Below are positions 49,829 to 59,776 of a DNA stretch of 64,000 bases, in pieces. The notes beneath the pieces are model-generated. The model did not search any database. It was not told the origin of the DNA and saw nothing but the letters and a program-made list of their open reading frames with translations. Positions within the stretch are counted from its first letter, which is position 1. Every line of letters starts with the position of its first letter. The DNA lies in NCBI GenBank assembly GCA_043228905.1, contig JBHGNT010000001.1:1-64000 (forward strand), written 5' to 3'. The translations under genes and the position numbers were made by a program. Source of the stretch: Azolla caroliniana (Eukaryota; Plantae; Polypodiophyta).

Positions 49829-52800
49829 TGTTGGGATTACGGTCCCTCCGGATGGGATGTCCGGAGATGAATGACGGCAAGCCCGGTTGCGGTTACGGAA
49901 CCGGATGAAGAGTACCCGGCATGAAGCCGGATGAAGAGTACCCGGATACGGATCCGGATGATGAAGACCCCGGCTACGGAGCCGGATGACGAATGTACCC
50001 GGAGAGAGAGATCCGGATGCAGGGCTATATTTGTAAATATCCCGAAAGTCATATATGTATAAATATGACTTAGGGCAAACAGTTTTTTGTTGTTGCTCAT
50101 TTTTCTGTTGTCCACTAAGAGGGAGCGAAGTGAGAGCAGCCGAGCGAGAGTGAGAGAGAGAAAGAGGAAGGAAGAGGTCGACGCCTCTGTGTAATACCGC
50201 CGCCTGTGGCGAGGACAGCGAGCTCAAGGTTGTTGCCTTGTAGCCTCACCATTATACATCTTTGTGTATAGTGATAGTTGGAGTTAGAGGACTCCCGTGG
50301 TTTTTCCCATTTAGGGTTTTCCACGTAAACATCCTGTGTGCTCTTCTCTCTGTTGTTCTTCGTGCATTCTTGTATTTCCCGTTTTCTGCGAATCGATCCT
50401 GTTCCTCGGTTGTGGCCGAGCACGGAATTTCTACAAATTGGTATCAGAGCGACGGTAACACAGAAGATGGAAGGCGGCGGTAGCGGGCAGCCGGGAATGA
50501 TGGTGCTGAATGCGCAGAATTACGCCGACTGGAAGATCAAGATGGAGGATCTTCTGATTGTTCGGGACCTGTACGAACCGATTGACAGGTCGGAAATACC
50601 GAAGGGAGTACTTGAGTCGGAGTGGAAGCTCCTGAACCGGAAAGCAGTAGCGACGATCCGGCAATATGTCGATGTAAGTGTCCTGCAACATGTGGCGAAC
50701 GATACGAACGCCTATGAGATGTGGAAGAAGCTGTCGGGCCTCTATGAGAGGAAGAATGCGTTGAACCGGACCTCCCTGATGAGAAAGATAGTGAACCTCA
50801 AGTACCGGGACGGCGAGAGTATGGTGGAACACGTAAGCACGTTCATGGGATTCGTGAACCAGCTTGCGGCGATCAAGTTCCCGTTGGAGGATGCAATGCA
50901 AGCCATCATCCTGATGTGTACATTGCCGGACAGCTGGGAGAACTTGGTGGTGACTCTCAGCACCTCCTGCACGGAAGACAACTTGTCCCTACAAACGGTA
51001 AAGACAAGTATTCTAAATGAAGAAGCGCGTCGGAGAGATAAAGAACCGGCCTCCGACTCGAAGGCGCTGCTTACCGAATCGGAACGGGGAAGACACTGGA
51101 ACCGGAGTCCGCAAAGACGGGAGAAGTCGGGGACCCGGTCGCAGTCAAGAGGAAGACCCATTTGCTTCCACTGTGGGAAGCCGGGGCACTTCCGGAAGAA
51201 TTGTCAGCATTACCGAAAGGACAACGGAGCCGACGACACCGATTCGAAGAAGTCACCGGAGAGAAACGGTGCATACCGGGGAGCCACGGACCGGAGAGGT
51301 CCGGATCGGCGAGGGCAGGACCGGAAAGGAACGACGGCACTCGCGGCAAGTGAAGAAGAGATAATGCTCATTACCGAAGAGAGGGAGCTGAACCTTGCCG
51401 GCGTAGAGATGACCTGGGTGGTCGATTCCGGAGCGTCGTTCCACCTGACCCCGGAGAAGAAATACTTCTCATCCTACACAGCCGGTGAGCACGGTTTTGT
51501 CCGGATGGGAAATGAAGGTACATGCCGAATTGCCGGTATAGGAGACGTGTGGCTGATGACATCAACCGGATGCAAGATGCTGTTGAAGGATGTGCGACAC
51601 GTTCCGGAGGTCCGATTGAACCTGATCTCGGCCGGGAGGCTAGATGATGAAGGCTACACGGGTAGCATCCGGAACGGCGTAATGAAGTTCAGCAAGGGGA
51701 GCCTGATAGTGGCTCGGGCCCGGAAGGTCAACACTCTGTACCTGATGAATGCCCGGTTATGTCCGGAAGAGCTGAATGTAGCAGCCGACACTGCCGGTGA
51801 GCTGTGGCACAAAAGACTGTGCCACATGAGTGAGAAGGGGATGAAGAGGCTTGCAGAAGACAACCTTATTCCAGTGAAGCATGTGCACCTGGAGAAGTGC
51901 ACCGACTGCCTGGCCGGTAAGCAAAACCGGACCTCCTTCCACTCAAGGCCACCGACGAGACGTAGCGCACCCTTGGAGCTGGTGCACACTGATGTGTGTC
52001 AGGTAGAAACGAAGTCACATGGCGGAGCCCAGTACTTCGTGACATTCATTGATGATCACAGCCGGAAGCTGTGGACGGCACCGTTGAAGACAAAGGACCA
52101 AGTGTTGTCCGTCTTCAGAGAACTCCACGCGAGAGTGGAAAGAGAATCCGGCAAGAAGCTGAAAGCGATACGAGCGGATAACGGAGGGGAATACCGGGGG
52201 CAGTTCCAGGAGTACTGTCGCTCGAAGGGAATCCGGCTCGAGTTTACTGTGCCGAAGACGCCGGAACTAAACGGGCTGGCCGAGAGGATGAACCGGACCA
52301 TAATGGAGAGGGTCCGGAGTATGCTGGCGCATGCGAAATTACCCAAGGGGTTTTGGGCTGAGGCAATGTCGACGGCGACATACGTGATAAACAGATCACC
52401 CTCAGTACCTTTGGACGGAGACACGCCGCAGAAAGTGTGGACCGGTAAGGAAGTGTCCTACCGGCATCTGAAGGTGTTCGGGTGTCTCGCATACGTGCAT
52501 GTGGCAAAGGACCGGAGAGGAAAGCTAGATCCAAAGACCCGGCCATGCATATTCCTCGGTTACGGCGACGACGAGTTCGGCTACCGAGTATGGGACCCGG
52601 TGGACAAGAAGATATTCAGGAGTCGAGACATCATCTTCATGGAGGACAAGACGCTCGCCGACTGGGAGTCGGAGAAGAAGATGAAGAGCTCCAAGTCGAC
52701 CGGTGAGGATAAACTCTACGAGGAGCAGTCCCGACCGGCAAGGGACCGGTTAACACTCGAAGACCCGGCCGAAGACGGTGAAGAAACAGAACCGGCCGAA

Positions 52801-55160
52801 GAAGATGAAAATGATACCGGAACCGGCCCCGATCCCGAAATGGATTCGGATGAAGAAGAAGAATCGGAAGAACCGGTTACCGAAGCTCCCGAACGGAGAT
52901 ATCCTCTAAGAGAGAGAAGGGCCCCCCGGAGATTTCCGGAACCAGAGCACGTGCTGCTAACCGACGAGGGGGAGCCGGAGAGCTTTGAAGAAGCAAAACA
53001 TGACACCCAGAGCCGCAGGTGGTTAAGTGCCATGCAGGAGGAGATGGATTCCCTGCATGAGAACCACACATATGAACTTGTGGAGTTGCCGAAAGGGAAG
53101 CGGGCACTTCGAAACAAGTGGGTGTTCAAGCTGAAACCGGGAGATGCCGGAAACCCCCAGAGATACAAAGCCAGGATCGTGGTGAAGGGGTTCCAGCAGA
53201 AGAAGGGCGTCGACTTCGACGAGATATTTGCCCCGGTAGTGAAGATGACCTCTATCCGGACGGTGCTGAGCATAGCGGCAAGCATGGACCTCGAGGTAGA
53301 ACAGATGGACGTGAAGACGGCATTCCTTCACGGTGACCTCGATGAAGAGATCTACATGCAGCAACCGGAAGGATTCGAGAAGAAAGGGAAGGAGCACCTG
53401 GTATGCCGGTTGAAGAAGAGCCTTTACGGATTGAAGCAGGCTCCCCGGCAATGGTACCGGAAGTTCGACTCCTTCATGACCGACGAAGGGTACCTCAAAA
53501 CGCAGTCCGACCACTGCGTGTTTGTGAAGAAGTTCGAAGGAGGAGACTTTCTAATACTCCTCCTGTACGTGGACGACATGTTGATCGTCGGACGGGACCA
53601 GGTCAAGATACGGATGCTGAAGAAGGCTCTTCACCAAACCTTCTCAATGAAGGACCTGGGTCCGGCAAGGAAAATACTAGGGATGCACATCATCCGGGAC
53701 CGGAAGAAGAAGCAGTTGTGGCTGTCACAGGAGAAGTACGTGACGAAGGTGCTTCACCGGTTCAACATGTCGGAAGCAAGACCGGTCGGGTCAACCCTCC
53801 CAGCAAACTGCAAGTTGTCCAGCAAGCAGAGCCCCAAGACAAAGGCTGAGAAGGAGGATATGATGAAAGTGCCGTATGCCTCAGCCGTCGGGAGCTTGAT
53901 GTACGCCATGGTGTGTACGAGACCGGACATAGGATATGCAGTCGGAGTGGTAAGCCGGTACATGAGCAATCCTGGCAAAGAGCATTGGAACGCGGTCAAG
54001 TGGACACTCCGATACCTGAAGGGCACGGCAAACGTGTGCCTTCGATTCGGCTCCGGTAAGCCCCAACTCGACGGCTTCACCGATTCGGATATGTCGGCTG
54101 ATGCAGATACCAGCCGGTCCACATCAGGGTATGTGATGACCTATGCAGGGGGAGCCGTTTCGTGGCAGTCGAGGCTGCAGAAGACGGTTGCGTTGTCAAC
54201 CACGGAGGCGGAGTACATGGCAGCTGTTGAAGCCGGCAAGGAAATAATATGGATGAAGGACTTCATTAGAGAGCTCGGTATCCAACAGGAGGAGTACCGA
54301 CTCTACTGCGACAGTCAGAGTGCCATCCACCTTGCGAAGAACGCGGCCTACCATTCCCGGACGAAACACATCCAGCGGAGATACCACTGGATCCGGGAGA
54401 GGATAGAAGACGAGGAGTTCGTGCTGACGAAGATCCACACTGACGAGAACGGGTCGGATATGCTGACCAAGGTGCTCACACCCGACAAGCTGGAAGCATG
54501 CCGGAAGAGGATCGGATTGGAGAGACATCCCATGCCGAAGTGAAGGGGGAGTTTGTTGGGATTACGGTCCCTCCGGATGGGATGTCCGGAGATGAATGAC
54601 GGCAAGCCCGGTTGCGGTTACGGAACCGGATGAAGAGTACCCGGCATGAAGCCGGATGAAGAGTACCCGGATACGGATCCGGATGATGAAGACCCCGGCT
54701 ACGGAGCCGGATGACGAATGTACCCGGAGAGAGAGATCCGGATGCAGGGCTATATTTGTAAATATCCCGAAAGTCATATATGTATAAATATGACTTAGGG
54801 CAAACAGTTTTTTGTTGTTGCTCATTTTTCTGTTGTCCACTAAGAGGGAGCGAAGTGAGAGCAGCCGAGCGAGAGTGAGAGAGAGAAAGAGGAAGGAAGA
54901 GGTCGACGCCTCTGTGTAATACCGCCGCCTGTGGCGAGGACAGCGAGCTCAAGGTTGTTGCCTTGTAGCCTCACCATTATACATCTTTGTGTATAGTGAT
55001 AGTTGGAGTTAGAGGACTCCCGTGGTTTTTCCCATTTAGGGTTTTCCACGTAAACATCCTGTGTGCTCTTCTCTCTGTTGTTCTTCGTGCATTCTTGTAT
55101 TTCCCGTTTTCTGCGAATCGATCCTGTTCCTCGGTTGTGGCCGAGCACGGAATTTCTACA
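49829..55160 (+). mobile_element. Full-length Ty1/copia element C. LTRs 49829-50435 and 54554-55160
   Basis: 607-bp LTRs with no difference seen; TSD CTACC (49824-49828, 55161-55165); PBS TGGTATCAGAGC at 50439; PPT GAAGGGGGAG. Confidence 0.97.
50467..54543 (+). CDS. Copia C intact gag-pol polyprotein
   Basis: Uninterrupted ORF from MEGGGSG with CFHCGKPGHFRKNC, VVDSGAS, integrase, LLYVDDML and RNase H. Confidence 0.95.
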   Translation: MEGGGSGQPGMMVLNAQNYADWKIKMEDLLIVRDLYEPIDRSEIPKGVLESEWKLLNRKAVATIRQYVDVSVLQHVANDTNAYEMWKKLSGLYERKNALNRTSLMRKIVNLKYRDGESMVEHVSTFMGFVNQLAAIKFPLEDAMQAIILMCTLPDSWENLVVTLSTSCTEDNLSLQTVKTSILNEEARRRDKEPASDSKALLTESERGRHWNRSPQRREKSGTRSQSRGRPICFHCGKPGHFRKNCQHYRKDNGADDTDSKKSPERNGAYRGATDRRGPDRRGQDRKGTTALAASEEEIMLITEERELNLAGVEMTWVVDSGASFHLTPEKKYFSSYTAGEHGFVRMGNEGTCRIAGIGDVWLMTSTGCKMLLKDVRHVPEVRLNLISAGRLDDEGYTGSIRNGVMKFSKGSLIVARARKVNTLYLMNARLCPEELNVAADTAGELWHKRLCHMSEKGMKRLAEDNLIPVKHVHLEKCTDCLAGKQNRTSFHSRPPTRRSAPLELVHTDVCQVETKSHGGAQYFVTFIDDHSRKLWTAPLKTKDQVLSVFRELHARVERESGKKLKAIRADNGGEYRGQFQEYCRSKGIRLEFTVPKTPELNGLAERMNRTIMERVRSMLAHAKLPKGFWAEAMSTATYVINRSPSVPLDGDTPQKVWTGKEVSYRHLKVFGCLAYVHVAKDRRGKLDPKTRPCIFLGYGDDEFGYRVWDPVDKKIFRSRDIIFMEDKTLADWESEKKMKSSKSTGEDKLYEEQSRPARDRLTLEDPAEDGEETEPAEEDENDTGTGPDPEMDSDEEEESEEPVTEAPERRYPLRERRAPRRFPEPEHVLLTDEGEPESFEEAKHDTQSRRWLSAMQEEMDSLHENHTYELVELPKGKRALRNKWVFKLKPGDAGNPQRYKARIVVKGFQQKKGVDFDEIFAPVVKMTSIRTVLSIAASMDLEVEQMDVKTAFLHGDLDEEIYMQQPEGFEKKGKEHLVCRLKKSLYGLKQAPRQWYRKFDSFMTDEGYLKTQSDHCVFVKKFEGGDFLILLLYVDDMLIVGRDQVKIRMLKKALHQTFSMKDLGPARKILGMHIIRDRKKKQLWLSQEKYVTKVLHRFNMSEARPVGSTLPANCKLSSKQSPKTKAEKEDMMKVPYASAVGSLMYAMVCTRPDIGYAVGVVSRYMSNPGKEHWNAVKWTLRYLKGTANVCLRFGSGKPQLDGFTDSDMSADADTSRSTSGYVMTYAGGAVSWQSRLQKTVALSTTEAEYMAAVEAGKEIIWMKDFIRELGIQQEEYRLYCDSQSAIHLAKNAAYHSRTKHIQRRYHWIRERIEDEEFVLTKIHTDENGSDMLTKVLTPDKLEACRKRIGLERHPMPK

Positions 55161-55702
55161 CTACCCTTTATGCTAATTACATAAATGGCCAAAACGGGAT
55201 AGTGTGAATACGTCCATTATACACATGTATTCGACACGAGACTCCAAACCAAACTATGCACAGAGAAATATACAATGGCGAGCTGCAAGGCAACGACCTA
55301 GAGCTCGCTGTCCTCGCCACAGGCGGCGGAAATACACAGAGGCGTCTACCTCTTCCTCTCTCGCGCTCTATCTCTCTCTCTCTCTCACGGCTGCTCCCTC
55401 TTCACTCCTCTTGAGTGGAAAAACAGAAAAATGGGTAGCAACAGTAAAACTGTTTGCCCTAAGTCATATTTATACATATATGACTTTGGGGCTATTTACA
55501 ACTATAGCCTCAGGGGCCCATAGCAGACATATTCACGGATATGTCCCTGTATTCGGATCGCTCTCCGGGTACATTCGTCATCCGGCTCCGAAGTCGGGGT
55601 CTTCATCATCCGGTTCCGAAACCGAAACCGGGCTTGTCGGCATTCATCTCCGACATCCGACCATCCCATCCGAAGGGACCGCAATCCCAACAAACTCCCC
55701 CT

Positions 55703-58700
55703 TCACTTCGGCATGGGATGTCTCTCCAATCCGATCCTCTTCTGGCATGCTTCCAGCTTGTCGGGTGTGAGGACCTTGGTCAGCATATCCGACCCGTTTT
55801 CGTCCGTGTGGATCTTTGTCAGCACGAACTCCTTGTCTTCTATCCTTTCCCGGATCCAGTGATATCTTCGCTGGATGTGCTTCGTCCGGGAGTGATAGGC
55901 CGCGTTCTTCGCAAGGTGGATTGCACTCTGACTGTCGCAGTAGAGTCGGTACTCCTCCTGCCGGATACCGAGCTCTCTAATGAAGTCCTTCATCCATATT
56001 ATTTCCTTGCCGGCTTCAACAGCCGCCATGTACTCCGCCTCCGTGGTTGACAACGCAACCGTCTTCTGCAGCCTCGACTGCCACGAAACAGCTCCCCCTG
56101 CATACGTCATCACATACCCTGATGTGGACCGGCTGGTATCTGTATCAGCCGACATATCCGAATCGGTGAAACCGTCGAGTTCGGGTTTACCGGAGCCGAA
56201 TCGGAGGCACACATTCGCTGTGCCCTTCAGGTATCGGAGTATCCACTTGACCGCGTTCCAATGCTCTTTGCCGGGATTGCTCATGTACCGGCTCACCACT
56301 CCGACTGCATATCCGATGTCCGGTCTCGTACACACCATGGCGTACATCAAGCTCCCGACGGCTGAGGCATACGGCACTTTCATCATATCCTCCTTTTCAG
56401 CCTTTGTCTTGGGACTTTGCTTGCTGGACAGCTTGCAGTTTGCCGGGAGGGTCGATCCGACCGGTCTTGCTTCCGACATGTTGAACCGGTGAAGCACCTT
56501 CGTCACGTACTTCTCCTGTGACAGCCACAACTGCTTCTTTTTCCGGTCCCGGATGATGTGCATCCCTAGTATTTGCCTCGCCGAACCCAGGTCCTTCATT
56601 GAGAAGGTTCGGTGAAGAGCCTTCTTCAGCATCCGTATCTTGACCTGGTCCCGTCCGACGATCAACATGTCGTCCACGTACAGGAGGAGTATTAGAAAGT
56701 CTCCTCCTTCGAACTTCTTCACAAACACGCAGTGGTCGGACTGCGTTTTGAGGTACCCTTCGTCGGTCATGAAGGAGTCGAACTTCCGGTACCATTGCCG
56801 GGGAGCCTGCTTCAGTCCGTAAAGGCTCTTCTTCAACCGGCATACCAGGTGCTCCTTCCCTTCCTTCTCGAATCCTTCCGGTTGCTGCATGTAGATCTCT
56901 TCTTCGAGGTCACCGTGAAGGAATGCCGTCTTCACGTCCATTTGTTCTACCTCGAGGTCCATGCTTGCCGCTATGCTCAGCACCGTCCGGATGGAGGTCA
57001 TCTTCACTACCGGGGCAAATATCTCGTCGAAGTCGACGCCCTTCTTCTGCTGAAACCCCTTCACCACGATCCTGGCTTTGTATCTCGGGGGGTTTCCGGC
57101 ATCTCCCGGTTTCAGCTTGAACACCCACTTGTTTCGAAGTGCCCGCTTTCCTTTCGGCAACTCCACAAGTTCATATGTGTGGTTCTCATGCAGGGAATCC
57201 ATCTCGTCCTGCATGGCACTCAACCACCTGCGGCTCTGGGTGTCGTGCTTTGCTTCTTCAAAGCTCTCCGGCTCCCCCTCGTCGGTTAGCAGCACGTGCT
57301 CTGGATCCGGAAATCTCCGGGGGGCCCTCCTCTCTCTTAGAGGATATCTCCGTTCCGGAGCTTCGGTAACCGGTTCTTCCGATTCTTCTTCATCCGAATC
57401 CATTTCGGGATCGGGGCCGGTTCCGGTATCGTTTTCATCTTCTTCGGCCGGTTCTGTTTCTTCACCGTCTTCGGCCGGATCCTCGAGTGCTAACCGGTCC
57501 CTTGCCGGTCGGGACTGCTCCTTGTAGAGTTGATCCTCACCGGTCGACTTGGAGCTCTTTACCTTCTTCTCCGACTCCCAGTCGGCGAGTGTCTTGTCCT
57601 CCATGAAGATGATGTCTCGACTCCTGAATATCTTCTTGTCGACCGGGTCCCATACTCGGTAGCCGAACTCGTCGTCGCCGTAACCGAGGAATATGCATGG
57701 CCGGGTCTTTGGATCTAGCTTTCCTCTCCGGTCCTTTGCCACATGCACGTATGCGAGACACCCGAACACCTTCAGATGCCGGTAGGACACTTCCTTACCG
57801 GTCCACACTTTCTGCGGCGTGTCTCCGTCCAAAGGTACTGAGGGTGATCTGTTTATCACGTATGTCGCCGTCGACATTGCCTCAGCCCAAAACCCCTTGG
57901 GTAATTTCGCATGCGCCAGCATACTCCGGACCCTCTCCATTATGGTCCGGTTCATCCTCTCGGCCAGCCCGTTCAGTTCCGGCGTCTTCGGCACAGTAAA
58001 CTCGAGCCGGATTCCCTTCGAGCGACAGTACTCCTGGAACTGCCCCCGGTATTCCCCTCCGTTATCCGCTCGTATCGCTTTCAGCTTCTTGCCGGATTCC
58101 CTTTCCACTCTCGCGTGGAGTTCTTTGAAGACGCACAACACTTGGTCCTTTGTCTTCAACGGTGCCGTCCACAGCTTCCGGCTGTGATCATCGATGAATG
58201 TTACGAAGTACTGGGCTCCGCCATGTGACTTCGTCTCTACCTGACACACGTCAGTGTGCACCAACTCCAATGGTGCGCTACGTCTCGTCGGTGGCCTTGA
58301 GTGGAAGGAGGTTCGGTTCTGCTTACCGGCCAGGCAATCGGTGCACTTCTCCAGGTGCACATGCTTCACTGGAATAAGGTTGTCTTCTGCAAGCCTCTTC
58401 ATCCCCTTCTCACTCATGTGGCACAGTCTTTTGTGCCACAGCTCACCGGCAGTGTCGGTTGCCACATTCAGCTCTTCCGGACATAACCGGGCATTCATCA
58501 GGTACAGTGTGTTGACCTTCCGGGCCCGAGCCACTATCAGGTTCCCCTTGCTGAACTTCATTACGCCGTTCCGGATGCTACCTGTGTAGCCTTCATCGTC
58601 TAGCCTCCCGGCCGAAATCAGGTTCAATCGAACCTCCGGAACGTGTCGGACATCCTTCAGCAGCATTTTGCATCCGGTCGGGGTTGTCAACCACACGTCT

Positions 58701-59776
58701 CCGATGCCGGCAATCCGGCACGTACCTTCATTTCCCATCCGAACACAGCCATGCTCACCGGCTGTGTAGGATGAGAAGTATCTTCTCTCCGGGGTCAGGT
58801 GGAACGATGCTCCGGAATCGACCACCCAGGTCGTCTCATCGCCGGCAATGTTTAGTTCACCTTCTTAGGTGATGAGCATGATCTCCTCTTCACTTGCCGC
58901 GAGTGCCGTCGTTCCTTTCCGGTCCTGTCCTCGCCGATCCGAACCATTCCGGTCCGTGGCTCCCCGGTATGCACCGTTTCTCTCCGGTGACTTCTTCGAA
59001 TCGGTGTTGTCGGTTCCATTGTCTTTTCGGTAATGCCGACAATTCTTTCGGAAGTGCCCCGGCTTCCCACAGTGGAAGCATGTGGGCCTTCCTCTTGACT
59101 GCGACCGGGTCCCCGACTTCTCCCGTCTTTGCGGACTCCGGTTCCATTGTCTTCCCCGATCCGATTCGGTAAACAACATCTTCGGGTCGGAGGCCGGTTC
59201 CTTATCTCTCCGACGCACTTCTTCATTCAGAATACTTGTCTTTACCGTTTGAAAGGACAAGTTATCTTCGGTGCACGAGGTGCTGAGAGTCACCACCAAG
59301 TTCTCCCAGCTTTCCGGCAATGTACACATCAGGATGATGGCTTGCATTGCATCCTCCAACGGGAACTTGATCGCCGCAAGCTGATTCACGAATCCCATGA
59401 ACGTGCTTACGTGTTCAACCATACTCTCGCCGTCCCGGTACTTGAGATTCACTATCTTCCTCATCAGGGAGGTCCGGTTCAACGCATTCTTCCTCTCATA
59501 GAGGCCCGACAGCTTTTTCCACATCTCATATGCGTTGGTGTCGTTCGCCACATGTTGTAGGACGCTTACATCGACATATTGTCGGATCGTCGCTACGGCT
59601 TTCCGGTTCAGGAGCTTCCACTCCGACTCAAGTACCCCTTTCGGTATTTCCGACCTGTCAATCGGTTCGTACAGGTCCCGAACAATCAGAAGATCCTCCA
59701 TCTTGATCTTCCAGTCGGCGTAATTCTGCGCATTCAGCACCATCATCATCGGCTGCCCGCTGCCGCCGCCTTCCAT
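55703..59776 (-). pseudogene. Copia A gag-pol polyprotein with one in-frame stop (TAA at 58865-58867)
   Basis: Collinear with the element C ORF, which has GAA at this codon; gag CCHC, PR DSGAS, INT, RT YVDD and RNase H are all present. Confidence 0.92.

Larger units (their letters stand above)
44531..55236 (-). mobile_element. Full-length Ty1/copia element B. 3' LTR 44531-44820; 5' LTR 49610-49828 + 55166-55236
   Basis: 290-bp LTRs with one mismatch seen; TSD CGAGA (44526-44530, 55237-55241); PBS TGGTATCAGAGC at 49596-49607; PPT next to 44820. Confidence 0.97.

Noticed and set aside
58865-58867. Programmed gag-pol stop-codon read-through in copia A
   Set aside because: Sister element C has GAA at the same codon and there is no CARYYA read-through context; a simple nonsense mutation is more likely
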